Shown piece after piece: positions 26,027 through 39,147 of a stretch of 64,000 bases of DNA. The notes beneath the pieces were generated by a model, which was not told the origin of the DNA, ran no database searches, and saw only the letters and a program-made list of their open reading frames with translations. The stretch covers positions 42,064,674 through 42,128,673 of the forward strand of contig NC_068982.1 in NCBI RefSeq assembly GCF_001194135.2, read 5' to 3'. The position numbers were made by a program, and so were the translations under genes. The stretch's first letter is position 1; each line of letters opens with the position of its first letter. This stretch comes from Octopus bimaculoides. Taxonomy: Eukaryota.

Positions 26027-26892
26027 GTGTAAATCAAGCGAAGGAAAAAAACAATTCCTTCAAAGAGATGTAAATATTCAATTCACTGGTACAACAGTTG
26101 AATACCACAAATAAAAGTGGGGTAAATACAAATATTAAATGAAATAGAGAAATGCAATTGACAAACTAACAATTTATTTACATTACGATATAATATAATT
26201 TACATTATAATATAATATAATTTACATTATAATATAAGTTACAGTATAATATAACTTACACTATAATATACTAAAAAATATAAGTTAACATAACAAATGA
26301 GAAAAAAAAAAGAAAAAAAACAAAAACAAATAAAGCTAGCAATTTGCTTCGACTTATATACATTAGTTGATTTATAAAAAGAATTTCTATCTATGTATAC
26401 AAGTCTCTTCAGGGCCTTGGTTCAGAAAAAGAAAAAAAAAAACTGACGAAATTCCATGTACAGAACTGTCAAATTGCCAAAATCCTGATTCAAAATGCCT
26501 ACGTGTAAGTATGTATACATATATGTGTGTATGTATGCGTGTATGTATATTTATCTATTAGTGTAAACGTATACATTTGTATAAGTGCATACATGAATAC
26601 ATGCATGCGTACATGTATGTACGTATTTATGTATGTAGTTATATATGTATGTATGTATGTATGTATGCATGTATGTATGCATGCATGTATGTATATGAGT
26701 GTGTGTGTGTATGTATGTATGTATGTGCGTATGTGTGTATGTGTATATGTAGGTATCTATATGTGTATATGTATGCATGTTTGTACGTTTGTGGTGTTTA
26801 TGTTTGGGTGTGTGTGTGTGTGTTATGTGTGTGTGTGTTATGTGCGTGCGCGCGCATGTATGAGTGTGGGTGCGCGCGTACGTTTCAGTGTT

Positions 26893-26926
<34 letters not shown>

Positions 26927-27118
26927 TGTGTGTGTGTGCACGCGCTTGTGTATGTGTGCGTGCGTTTAAATAACAGGGTTGTGGGAAAATACCTTTGGAC
27001 AGTTCTGCGTACATTATACAGATGATAGGTGAGTTAAAAAAAAAGACTTCAATTAACTGTGATTATCGTTGCAGTTAAACAATAAAACCTCCATGTAGCG
27101 TTGTGGTTTGTATTTAAC

Positions 27119-27435
27119 TCACACCCTCTCGCTAATGAGCCCTGCTTTTGACAAGCATACACGACTGCAAACATTGCAGACCAAGCTTTCCCCATTCACT
27201 ATTTGAGCCGTGCGCTTTCGCGCAGCTCGCTTAAGTTCTTCATGCTGGATACGTGCTCTCTCAAAAGTATCGATCCCCTCCTTAACCTGCTTCCTCCATC
27301 CGTGGCGATGACACGCATTATTCTCCCAGTCAGTGTCCTGCATATCACAGGCCTTTAATGAGGACTTGACACAGTCCTTAAAGCGCAGCCTTGGTTTCTG
27401 CCGGAGTCTCCTTCCATTCACAAGTTCTCCATATA
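27119..27435 (-). mobile_element. RTE-clade LINE 3' end
   Basis: YGELVNGRR...PRLRFKDCVKSSLKAC...WRKQVKEG and a C-terminal CxxC..C.SKAGL.S motif. Confidence 0.88.
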
Positions 27436-28128
27436 NNNNNNNNNNNNNNNNNNNNNNNNNNNNNNNNNNNNNNNNNNNNNNNNNNNNNNNNNNNNNNNNN
27501 NNNNNNNNNNNNNNNNNNNNNNNNNNNNNNNNNNNNNNNNNNNNNNNNNNNNNNNNNNNNNNNNNNNNNNNNNNNNNNNNNNNNNNNNNNNNNNNNNNNN
27601 NNNNNNNNNNNNNNNNNNNNNNNNNNNNNNNNNNNNNNNNNNNNNNNNNNNNNNNNNNNNNNNNNNNNNNNNNNNNNNNNNNNNNNNNNNNNNNNNNNNN
27701 NNNNNNNNNNNNNNNNNNNNNNNNNNNNNNNNNNNNNNNNNNNNNNNNNNNNNNNNNNNNNNNNNNNNNNNNNNNNNNNNNNNNNNNNNNNNNNNNNNNN
27801 NNNNNNNNNNNNNNNNNNNNNNNNNNNNNNNNNNNNNNNNNNNNNNNNNNNNNNNNNNNNNNNNNNNNNNNNNNNNNNNNNNNNNNNNNNNNNNNNNNNN
27901 NNNNNNNNNNNNNNNNNNNNNNNNNNNNNNNNNNNNNNNNNNNNNNNNNNNNNNNNNNNNNNNNNNNNNNNNNNNNNNNNNNNNNNNNNNNNNNNNNNNN
28001 NNNNNNNNNNNNNNNNNNNNNNNNNNNNNNNNNNNNNNNNNNNNNNNNNNNNNNNNNNNNNNNNNNNNNNNNNNNNNNNNNNNNATATATATATATATAC
28101 AAACGAAAGAGACATGCAACACAGTATA

Positions 28129-29008
28129 CGTGGTCTGACCAATAGGTATCCGGACTGTTGCCATAGTAACAAAGCTAAAGCACGCAAAGTGAAGCTACTT
28201 AGCACAGATTGACCTTAAATTCTGCTGTGCATGCGCACTAAGTTTTAATGTTCTAGCTCACTTCCTCTGTTTACAACAGAACTTGGAAGGAAGGTGTGTA
28301 GTGTGTGATCGTCGCATTGACCATGACAGAGAAAGCTGAGCAGAAAATCTGCATCAAATTTTGCCAAAAGCTTGGTGATACCTGCTCAGAGGCTTACGCA
28401 AAGTTTTCAAAGTTCTCGACACAATGAAGTAGATCTTGTGCAACTTGAAACCCGAGTGCCTTTTTGGTCAGCTGAAAGCAGTTTTGGCACAAGCTTGGCA
28501 GACACACATCTCATTCTCTTCAGTGATAATAGACTGAAATGAACCGTAACTAATCTGCACATCCTCTGATAACTCACATATGGTGATTCGACGATTTCCC
28601 CTCACAGCTGTACGCACATCTGCGATGTTTCTCTCAGTTCTGCTGCTTGCAGGTCTCCCAGAACGTTCGTCAATATCGAAATTCTTTTGGCCATCTTGGA
28701 AACGTCTAAACCACTCGTGCACTTGTGTGCGGCTTATACACTCCTCTCCATATACTTTCTGAAATTCTGCGTAGGCTTCTGAGCAGGTATCGCCTTGACA
28801 ACTTTCTCTGTCACGGTCAATGCGACGATCACACGCTACACACCTTCTTTCCAAGCACTGCTGTAAACAGCAGAAGTGAGCTACATCTTTAAAACTTAGT
28901 GCGCATGCGCAGCAGCGTTCAAGGTCAATTTTTGTCAAGCGGCTTTACTCTGCGTGCTTTAGCTTTGTTATTATGGCAACAATCCGGATACTTATTGATC
29001 AGACCTCG
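28129..29008. mobile_element. Mariner-derived 880-bp element with two inverted 5' ends
   Basis: TA TSD and inverted arms of about 280 bp. Transposase N-terminus is read on both strands (MTEKAEQKICIKFCQKLG; VHEWFRRF..ERSGRP..KLVPKLL). Confidence 0.9.
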
Positions 29009-29908
29009 TATATTATTATTTATATTATTATTTAAGTTCTATTAAAGTTTTATCATTTAAAGTTACATTATAATTTAAAGTAGCTAAATTTCTTTAAGGA
29101 GCCTACGAAATTTTAAGTTGCCATAGGGCCGAATGAAACTGTCTTAAATAACATATATATACGTGTGTGCGTCCATGTGTGTGTATTTGAGTGTGTGTGT
29201 GTATGTACATGTTCGTGGAGTCTTCCTGTTTACGTGGTAACTATTAAGAACTTTCCATAGTGGGACTGTTATTGACGTGCGATGTACTCCTCTTTATGCA
29301 TGCTGTTTCTCTGTATGTTGTATGAATATGTCATAACCTAATCTGATACCTCTTGTTTGCCTGTTTATCTTTTTGTTCTATTACACACACACACACATTT
29401 GTTTTTATTATGTTTAAATGTATGTGTGTATGTATAAACGCAAGCACGCATGCATATATGTATGTATGTATGTGTCATTGTTCAGTTTTATTTCCAGATT
29501 TCTTGCCAATAGAGAAAGAGCCGGTTTCTAACCTAGATCCAAGGCTCCTTCATTGGAATTTCAATATTAACAACAGGGTATGTATGTATGTATGTTTTGT
29601 TTTGTGTCTGTATTCTCATGCATATAGTTGCATATCTGGACACCCTCATATATATTCAATTGATAAACTTCTGGAAAGTTTTACAGATTTTTACAGTTCC
29701 AGTGATGTATGTATGTATGTATGTATGTATGTATGAACAAACAGGAGTAAAACCTACACAATATATGAAGTAGTATTCAAAAGTACAGGTGTAGCCATGT
29801 TGCTATGAAGTTCACTTTGCAGCTACATGCATCCGGTCTGCTTACAAGTGTTTAACTAGAAATTAATGTTTGGTGGATTCTCCGCCAGTCTCGTAAGCAA
29901 ACATTCAG

Positions 29909-30468
29909 GGATCTTTTTTAAAACGGGGGCCACATTTTTCATTAACGAAACACTTTGAAACTTGGAACACTGGTAGAATGTGTCATATAAAACTTCTTTT
30001 TCTCTTAGTCTTCTTAAAAAAAAAAGAAATCCATAAATTATTCCATGTTAAAGTTGTCGTATTTCTGTAATTTCAACCAATCACTGACGTCCATTCAGCC
30101 GATATACATTAAGTGCCGACTACATAAACAAACGATTCTGAAACAATTAACCCTAACCCTAACTCTAACCCTAACCCTAGGGTTAGGGTTAGGGTTAAAG
30201 CAAATTTAAAATGAAAAAAGCAAATAAAACGAAGAATCGTTTGTTTATGTAGTCGGCACTTAATGTATATCGGCGGAATGGACGTCAGTGATTGGTTGAA
30301 ATTATCGAAATAAGACAATTTTTTACATGAAATAAATTCGAATACAAAAATATTTTTCTGTTCTATAACACAAAATAGATAAGTATACGAAGTTTGAAAG
30401 TCTTTCGGTACCAAAAACACTATGTAAAACATTAATGAAAAATGTGGCCCCCGTTTTAAAAAAGATCC
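29909..30468. mobile_element. GGATC-terminal foldback MITE with a (CCCTAA)n/(TTAGGG)n core
   Basis: Perfect 37-bp TIR, internal inverted arms, perfect 8-bp TSD ACATTCAG at 29901-29908 and 30469-30476. Confidence 0.93.
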
Positions 30469-30889
30469 ACATTCAGTTATTCGACAATACAAATTCCTAT
30501 TCGTGAAAATAACGTGTAAGTGGCTGAGTATCTCACAGACACTAGTACCATTAAAGCAAGTCTCATGTCCGTATCAACGTCAAGCAGTATGCTACAAAGC
30601 TGAAACTTTGAAGGACATGAATTCTCCAGAGAGCGAGGGAAAACTCACTCCCATTATCGAACCCAAATATGTGTAAGGCGCAGTCAACTTCGATGAGATT
30701 TGAACCCAGTGTGTAGAAAGCTGAAGAGAATACTACAAGGCACTTTATTGGACGCTCTTACGGCTCTTGTAAGTTTGCTGAGAGTCTTTTGTCCGACAGT
30801 TTTCAGAGAATGAAATCTCTATTTTGTCGTAATTACAGGTCTTTCAAGGGAGATCACCGCGTTACACATCATTCGCTGAAATTCTCAGA

Positions 30890-30972
30890 ATGTCCCTTCT
30901 TCGCTTTATCCGTCCCCAATTGTCTAAATTCTGTGCTTGTGCAACGAACCGTTTGTGTCAACAAAATTACAG
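30890..30972 (+). CDS. OTC: OTC coding exon 1, mitochondrial presequence MSLLRFIRPQLSKFCACATNRLCQQNY(S)
   Basis: ATG at 30890. The peptide is Arg/Lys/Ser/Leu-rich with no acidic residues. Donor AG|GTAAGA at 30973; phase 2 matches exon 2. Confidence 0.85.
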
Positions 30973-31208
30973 GTAAGAAATATATACATACATTACACGC
31001 ACAAGTGCTAAATTCTCATACTCTCTTATCAGTTTTTATGATAAGAGCATTTAATGGATGCCACATGTATAGCTTCTGTTACGATAGTTTCTGTAAAATA
31101 TTTAGTTTGCTCATTCCACATGTTTAAATAGATCCAGTTAGATAATCTATTTAAATTGAAATTTAATTCTATAATGATGGGTTTTTTTTCCAAGTTCGGG
31201 CATAATTC

Positions 31209-31550
31209 GGATCTATTTTAAAACGGGGGCCACAATATTTTCTTAACGAAACACTTTGAAACTTGGAACACTGTTAGAATGTGTCATATAAAACATCTTT
31301 TTCTATGAACCCTGTCATCTGAACAATAAAACTGCCTCTATGTTTTATCAAAGGGACAAGGTTGAGCAATATATCACATTTGAATACATCCTTGGTTATC
31401 ATTTCACATGAGATAAGTAACAGATATGCTCAAATTAAAATCTGTTTTGCTTGCGAGCATATGCTCTGACCAACAGCAGAGAATTATGGGATCTATTTTA
31501 AAACGGGGGCCACAGTTTTCATTAATGTTTTCCCGTTTTAAAATAGATCC
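31209..31550. mobile_element. Truncated GGATC-MITE arm (about 31209-31305) and a 62-bp minimal derivative (31489-31550)
   Basis: GGATCTATTTTAAAACGGGGGCCAC occurs twice; a 19-bp inverted terminus ends at 31550. Confidence 0.8.
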
Positions 31551-32738
31551 CAAGTGTGCCAGTTGAGCTGAATAAAACTCGAATGACAGGCCAGGACTGG
31601 AAGCCGCTTCACCGATTCGACTTTCCGGGACCTTGTCTAAATGTTACTGCGATAATTGCATTCCACGTTCCACGTTTGATAACCATTATTTATCTTCAGG
31701 TCAAGCACACGCGAAAAACCTATAGGTTGTTTCCCACTTTAACGCCACAAAAAGAAAAATTACTATTTACTGTTTACCATCAAGTCACCTGGGTTGTTTC
31801 CTGCTTTAACACCGTAAAAGGACTAAACAATAGTGCTAATGCAAAATTGAAATATTATTATATACTTTGTGACTCATTATTTTCATGTATTCAGAACCTC
31901 TCATTAAAGCTCTAACATCGTAAGTTATTCAATCATAGCAGAAATTAAATTAGCGAAAATATGTTCATGAATGTTTCTCCTTTATGTATCCAGGTAGACA
32001 AGATACGAGTAAAGGCACTGCTTGTCGGTTGTCAAAGTTACTTCTTTTGCAGCACTCAGTGCATGAATACATATGCAAAAAACAGTGTGCCACTTGTGAA
32101 CGTATTTTCGTTAATCGTATTTCTTCTGTTAATGAATTCTTTAATTTTATTCGAAAATATTTAATAATATTTTGCAGTTTCCATGAAAACAAGTTGTTAC
32201 GAACAAGAATATTATTCAATAATACAAATATTTTAATTTCAGTTTCTTTGTTCCTTTTTTTATGTTAAGATAAGAAACAACTAGCCGATTAAAAGTGGTG
32301 AGTTGTTTCCAATTTCAAATCAGTGGAGTGTGATTTGAAAGAGGGAGAGAGAGAGAGAGAGAGATTTGGCTGTTATTTCTAGCAGATCGACTGATTGCGT
32401 CAGCTTGTCAACGTCAGGGCTGAGCAAGCGGCTATGATTGGGAAAACACTTTGTTTTGTACTCATAACCAGCAACTCAAATTCGAATCGTTGTCATGACG
32501 ACTTCCTGTCAATTTTGGAAGCGGGTGGGAAAAGTATATATAAATGTTAAGATCTTATTTCCCTTTATGCAATAAATTGATTGTGTACATGTTTTTTTTT
32601 AATATATATTTAATTGCGTCACGTACTTGAATGAGCTTGCACAATGTAATAGCTGTACTATGTATAACTTTAACTGTGCAAATAACTGTACTTTACTATA
32701 CAAAAGGGATCATAATTTGAAACTATTTTATCATTCTG

Positions 32739-32884
32739 TTGTGCCTTAAAATTTAACACACTCACCGGTAAAATTTCCACATATTTCTTATTTTTATTTT
32801 CCTAAAATTTTCGTTGTGTCTTGCAACCTATTCAATCGTGAAGTGGAAATTTTACCGGTGAGTGTGTTAAATTTTAAGGTACAA
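32739..32884. repeat. 42-bp inverted repeat (1 mismatch) with a 62-bp spacer, probably a MITE core
   Basis: TTGTGCCTTAAAATTTAACACACTCACCGGTAAAATTTCCAC and its reverse complement. Confidence 0.85.
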
Positions 32885-33529
32885 TAAGAAAATGACTCTC
32901 CCCAGACACAACAGAATATGCTTCAACACACGTAATCACATAAAAAATCTTGCAAACCAAATCCAAAAACGAAATATTTTATCATAGTTGTGTCATTAAA
33001 AACTAAGAAAAACATGAATGTTACATTATCACATTTTTTTCATCTCACTTTTATCTGAGATTAGTTTAGAATAATAATTATTATTAAATTATTTTAATTT
33101 GAACTCTAACTCACTTTACATATCTACACATTTTGGCAGTTTGGCTAGATAGTTCTTAGTTATGAGTGGGTGTTACATTTCTGTACACTACATGAGTAAC
33201 TCAATTATAGCAGGTTTGACTAGTGTAGTGGGGGTGGGATTCTTGATAATAATGAATCATCAATAATGATTTGAAATTTCACAATTCCAAATACAGGTAC
33301 AATATCTACTTTCCAGACAGTAGTGGTTCGTGGTCTGGAACCTCTTATAATCTACTCTAATTTATGAGCAAGAACTTTAAATTCCTGTGGCCACCTCACA
33401 AGTCTACTGGTACCTTTCTCTGGTGATTTTATGTACATTTATATATTGGAATACTGTGATAGACTTGTGTCGTGCTGTAAATGGAATATTCTTGGATAAT
33501 ATGACTGAATCGAAGTAATACTATTTAGA

Positions 33530-33870
33530 AAGAGTAAACACCACTTTCGTACATGAGTGACCATGGGATTGCACTTAAAAAGGTTCCCCTTTGAGGTGCA
33601 AAGTCTGGGCAAGGTTGTTTATAGAAGACCAGCAGTCACCCATGCATACCAGCCTCCTCTCTCCACACCACCGATGTTATCCAAGGGAAAGGCAAAGGCC
33701 GATATAGCCTGGCACCAATGACGTCGCAACTGATTTCTACAGCTGAGTGAACTGGAGTTACGTGAAATAAAGTGTCTTGCTTGAGAACACAACACAGAGC
33801 CTGGTTCAGGAATTGAACTCACTACTTCATGATTGTGAGCCTGACACTCTAAGCACTGAGCCATGTACCT
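33530..33870 (-). mobile_element. SINE family D copy
   Basis: Reverse complement of 51268-51606. Confidence 0.85.
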
Positions 33871-34807
33871 TTACAATACTGTCTATAAGGAAGTATAATA
33901 GGTATGTATATAAAGTCTGGCTAGGAATTTTCAAATGAAAGTTCTGGGATCAAACCTTGCTATATTCAGCATTGCACTTTGCTTCTATATGATCAATAAA
34001 ATAAGTAAGCATCAATGAAAGTGCTTATCACTCAAATTCCATCTTTACTGTCTTTAAGTATTAATAATTAAATGTAAGGTCATCAAATGCTGTACTTCTT
34101 AGGTCTAGATATCCACAAATCAGCCCTGATCAGGCAAACCTATGGTTTAGGGCATTCCAGCTAGGACCATCCACCCTCCCTTTTTATATATTTATGACTG
34201 TATTATCCAATGAGTCCTTACTTTTTAAAGATGGAAGTGTGTGATTTGAGGAAAATTTGACCGTTATTTCTAGTAGGTCAAACTGTGGTTTTGCAAGTTC
34301 CTTGTTGGCTCTTTTAGGCTTAGGTATTTAGTTATGCTGTGGTACGATTAGCTTTTTGTCATTGAGAACCCAATCTGCCAGCTGAATAGTTAATGGTTCT
34401 ATCTCAGCATCAGTGCTGCTTGCAGTCTCTTCCAAAGATACAACACATGACAGTGAATAACCTCTTTTCCTTTAGTTTTTGATAGGTATCATGTAAAAGG
34501 ACATTTCACTGCTGAAGGTAATAAAGGCATTATTAACTGAACTGATTAGTGTGGAGTGGAGGATCGAGAGGGACCTCTCCTTAGGCAAAAAACTGCAATA
34601 GTTTAATGTTCTTATTGAGGGCATTTATTCTTAGCTGCATAACACCATGGAAACTAAAATAAATCATAGCATGTTTCACTTACAGTAATGGAAGGTTCTT
34701 AGAAGAAGTAAATGACTCAGACAAAACATTAAAGTGGTTGAAGCTTCTGCTCAAACCATATGTAATGTATAACCTGCTACTTAATTTCTCCATCTCAGTT
34801 CCTGATA

Positions 34808-34836
34808 TTTATTATTATTATTATTATTATTATTAA

Positions 34837-34915
<79 letters not shown>
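34808..34915. repeat. (TTA)n microsatellite
   Basis: Directly visible. Confidence 0.95.
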
Positions 34916-36171
34916 TAATGTTTTGTTTGGATTATTAGAAATGGATTACTGGTTGTTTAATTTAGATATTTATTTAGCTTATTTGATTAGAATTTAATAT
35001 GAAAAGGATACATTTATTAATTGGGTTGTTTGTTAATTGGCTAGTTGCTATAAATAATTTGTAAACTTTTATTGAATAATGATTTGCAACACGGGCATGG
35101 AAGGAAGAGGAAATTGAGTGTTGCATCTATTGCATTATCATCATTATCATTCATTAATGTCCTCTTCCATGCTGGCATGGGTTGGACAGTTTGACCAGAG
35201 CTGGTAAGCTGGAGAGCTGCACCAGGCTCCAGTCTGATTTGGCTTGGTTTCTATGGCTGGATGCCCTTCCTAATGCCAACCACTTTACAGAGTGTGTTGG
35301 GTGCTTTTAACATGGCACTGGCACAGCAGTTTTCTATGGCACTGACACGAGTGATTTTTATGTGGTAATGGCACAGGACTCTTGCAGTCCAATCCTTCTG
35401 CTCTGGAGGACAGGTCTTCTTGAGTACAGCAAGGTCCTGGGTATCTTGTTCCTTTGTCATCTCATCTGAAAGGTTCAGCATCCTGAGGTCATCATCCATC
35501 AGACCCTGTTGCATGTCTTCTTGGGTCTCCCTCTTCCATGAGTTTGAACCACTTTGAGAGATTGGCACTTCTTTATGAAGCTGTTAGATATTCTGTTATA
35601 TTAATAAAATTAGGTTTTTTATCCGTTATGTTTTTGATGAGTGAGAAGGGTTTCACTTGGAAATTAATACCAGCTTATTAGTTACAGACTCGTCATACAC
35701 ACACACACACACACACACAAAGCCAAAAAAAAAAAAAAACTATCCAATTTTAAATTTTATTTCTTCAATAATTTCTTGATAATTAAATTGAATTATACTG
35801 CTGTTTCATATTATTGCCCTTAAACAAAATGAAACAGCAAAATCATTATTTAGTACATTTTTCACTCTATTATGTTGTATATTAATTCTGTATTGTGTAT
35901 ATTGGCATATGGCAACAAATTGGCACCAACTTCTACCATTCAAGCATATGTAACAGGATTTGCTACAGGAGGAAAATTATATAAAAATATTTCTTTCATA
36001 TTGTTATTGATATTTTGCTATTTTTAACACTGTGATATTGCCACAGATGTTTTCTTGTTTTTTTCTGTTCACATTTGTCACCTTCCTAGATATAAAAGCT
36101 ATCAGTTCATTTCAGTTTTTTCTTTAACTATAGTAAAAATAATGATAATAATAGTAGTAGTAATAATCATG

Positions 36172-36246
<75 letters not shown>

Positions 36247-37258
36247 TGGTATGAAAAGCGTGTTAGGTTCTTCAAGGACAACATATTCAAAAATAACCCA
36301 TACTATCTAACTATCCATCTATCTATCTATCTGTCTGTCTGTCTATCTCTCTGCCTGCCTGATGTTTTCATCTGCCATTTTCACCCACAAGGCATTGGTC
36401 AACCTGAAGCTATAAGCTATAGTTGAAGATATTTATCTAAGATACCATGCAGTGGGATTGAACCTGAAATCATGTGCTTGCAAAACAACTTCATAACCAC
36501 ACACCCATGTTTGTGCCTATATAAGAGTGAAGTGATGGAGGCCATGGGAAAACTATTGGGAGCTGTCTTAATCTGTATTAATAAAGGCAAAATTCTGTCT
36601 GTCCATCTGGGACCCCTGTATATCAATCTACATTTGCTCTACATGGACATATTATACCTTTTTGGAATTAGAATGATTCTGGAATTGAAAATCTGCCCTT
36701 CATTTGGTTTTGAACATCCAGCATTGGGATCTGATTTAAAAGCATTTAGGTTGCTATTTCTAGCAGGTAAAACTTGGCTTATTCAGGCCATCTTGGTATG
36801 CTCTGATGTCAAATGACATCAGAGGTCAAAGGTGAGGATAAATGACATTTACTTTGTTAATTTTGCATTGAGATAAGAACTTTGGGACAAATTGGCCCAC
36901 AGTTGGAATTCAACTTGGGACTGGAACAATAGAATAATTGCATTACAGAATTAATTCTCATCTGTCCTTAACCTCTGATCAAACACCGCTGAGTCATGTA
37001 GTCATTATAGACATTTTATAGTCATGCTATTTAGTTCTTAGTCTTGGGTCACAGGCCCAATTAACCTTCTATAGGAGCCAGCCTTAAAAGTCCAAACAGA
37101 ATGTGGCTTTTAAGCTAGTGTTGAATAAATATGAAAATAAATATATTCATTATTAATAATTAGTAATTGTAAAAATTAAATTTTTTTTTTTTTGTTGTCT
37201 CAACTTCACATGTTTATCCTTCATCGAATATTTTTCTATCCCTTGTTGATTTTGACAG

Positions 37259-37370
37259 CTCACTTGTGGGAAGAGATTTTGACAGCTTAAAATATTACCA
37301 ACCTGACGAAATTAGGCAACTGCTATGGACAGCAAACGATTTGAAGGTTCGCATAAAAAAAGACAAAGAG
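37259..37370 (+). CDS. OTC: OTC exon 2 (SLVGRDFDSLKYYQPDEIRQLLWTANDLKVRIKKDKE)
   Basis: Acceptor TTTTGACAG, donor GAG|GTAAGT. Aligns to human [36 protein letters not shown]. Confidence 0.95.
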
Positions 37371-37650
37371 GTAAGTATCTGTTATTTAAACAGAATTATC
37401 ATTAAAAATATTAATGTTCCTTGTCCTATTCAATCTCATTAATAAGAGTCTGTACCATCATCACTATATCATCATTGAACAGCGGCTTTCAATTCTGACA
37501 TAGATTGGATGGTTTGATAAGAACTGGTAAGTCAGAGGACTGTGCCAAGCTCCACTTTTTACTTCAGCATGGTTTCTATGGCTGGATGCCTTTCCTAATA
37601 CCACCCACTTTACAGAGTGTACTGGGTGCTTTATATATGGCACCAGCATC

Positions 37651-37792
37651 AATACATACATACATACATACATACATACATACATACATACATACATACA
37701 TACATACATACATACATACATACATACATACATACATACATACATGCATGCATGCATACATACATACATACATACATACATACATACATACA
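37651..37792. repeat. (CATA)n microsatellite
   Basis: Directly visible. Confidence 0.95.
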
Positions 37793-38069
37793 TCGTTCAT
37801 AATAGAAAGCACCCATGCTGGTGACGTACAAATGGAACACGTACTGGTGATATGTAAAAGGCACTTGTGCTAGTGACACATAACCGACACTCAGTACACA
37901 CTATGGAGTGGTTGGTGTTTGGAAGGGCATCCAGCCATAGAAGCCAAGCCAAAACAGACTGGAGCCTGAAACAGCTCTCCAGCTTACCAGTTCCAGTCAA
38001 ACTGTCTTACTCATGCCAGCATGTAAAAGTGGATGCTAAATGATGATGATGATCACACATGCGCGCGCG

Positions 38070-38108
<39 letters not shown>

Positions 38109-38945
38109 GTGTATATTTATTACATTTTTTACAAGGAGAATGGTAATAATGGCTTTGAAGTTTTGGATTGTCAGACTGAAACTTTGAAGCCATGATTGCA
38201 ATCTCCTTGTAGAAGTATAATAGATATGGACTCTGCAAAAAGTACTGAGTAATATTTTAGTTTCATGTAAATTTGTTTTTATTATAACCNNNNNNNNNNN
38301 NNNNNNNNNNNNNNNNNNNNNNNNNNNNNNNNNNNNNNNNNNNNNNNNNNNNNNNNNNNNNNNNNNNNNNNNNNNNNNNNNNNNNNNNNNNNNNNNNNNN
38401 NNNNNNNNNNNNNNNNNNNNNNNNNNNNNNNNNNNNNNNNNNNNNNNNNNNNNNNNNNNNNNNNNNNNNNNNNNNNNNNNNNNNNNNNNNNNNNNNNNNN
38501 NNNNNNNNNNNNNNNNNNNNNNNNNNNNNNNNNNNNNNNNNNNNNNNNNNNNNNNNNNNNNNNNNNNNNNNNNNNNNNNNNNNNNNNNNNNNNNNNNNNN
38601 NNNNNNNNNNNNNNNNNNNNNNNNNNNNNNNNNNNNNNNNNNNNNNNNNNNNNNNNNNNNNNNNNNNNNNNNNNNNNNNNNNNNNNNNNNNNNNNNNNNN
38701 NNNNNNNNNNNNNNNNNNNNNNNNNNNNNNNNNNNNNNNNNNNNNNNNNNNNNNNNNNNNNNNNNNNNNNNNNNNNNNNNNNNNNNNNNNNNNNNNNNNN
38801 NNNNNNNNNNNNNNNNNNNNNNNNNNNNNNNNNNNNNNNNNNNNNNNNNNNNNNNNNNNNNNNNNNNNNNNNNNNNNNNNNNNNNNNNNNNNNNNNNNNN
38901 NNNNNNNNNNNNNNNNNNNNNNNNNNNNNNNNNNNNNNNNNNNNN

Positions 38946-38981
<36 letters not shown>

Positions 38982-38984
38982 CTC

Positions 38985-39142
38985 TCTGAGTGGTTGGCGT
39001 TAGGAAGGGCATCCAGCTGTAGAAACTCTGCCAAATTAGATTGGAGCCTGGTGTTGCCATCCGGTTTCACCAGTCCTCAGTCAAATCGTCCAACCCATGC
39101 TAGCATGGAAAGCGGACGTTAAACGATGATGATGATGATGAT
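38985..39142 (+). mobile_element. Family E retroposon 3' end with (GAT)n tail (related copies near 35135, 37470, 37880, 39540, 43540, 50595)
   Basis: GGAAGGGCATCCAGCTGTAGAAAC...CCAACCCATGCTAGCATGG...TTAAACGATGATGAT. Confidence 0.8.
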
Positions 39143-39147
39143 ATATA

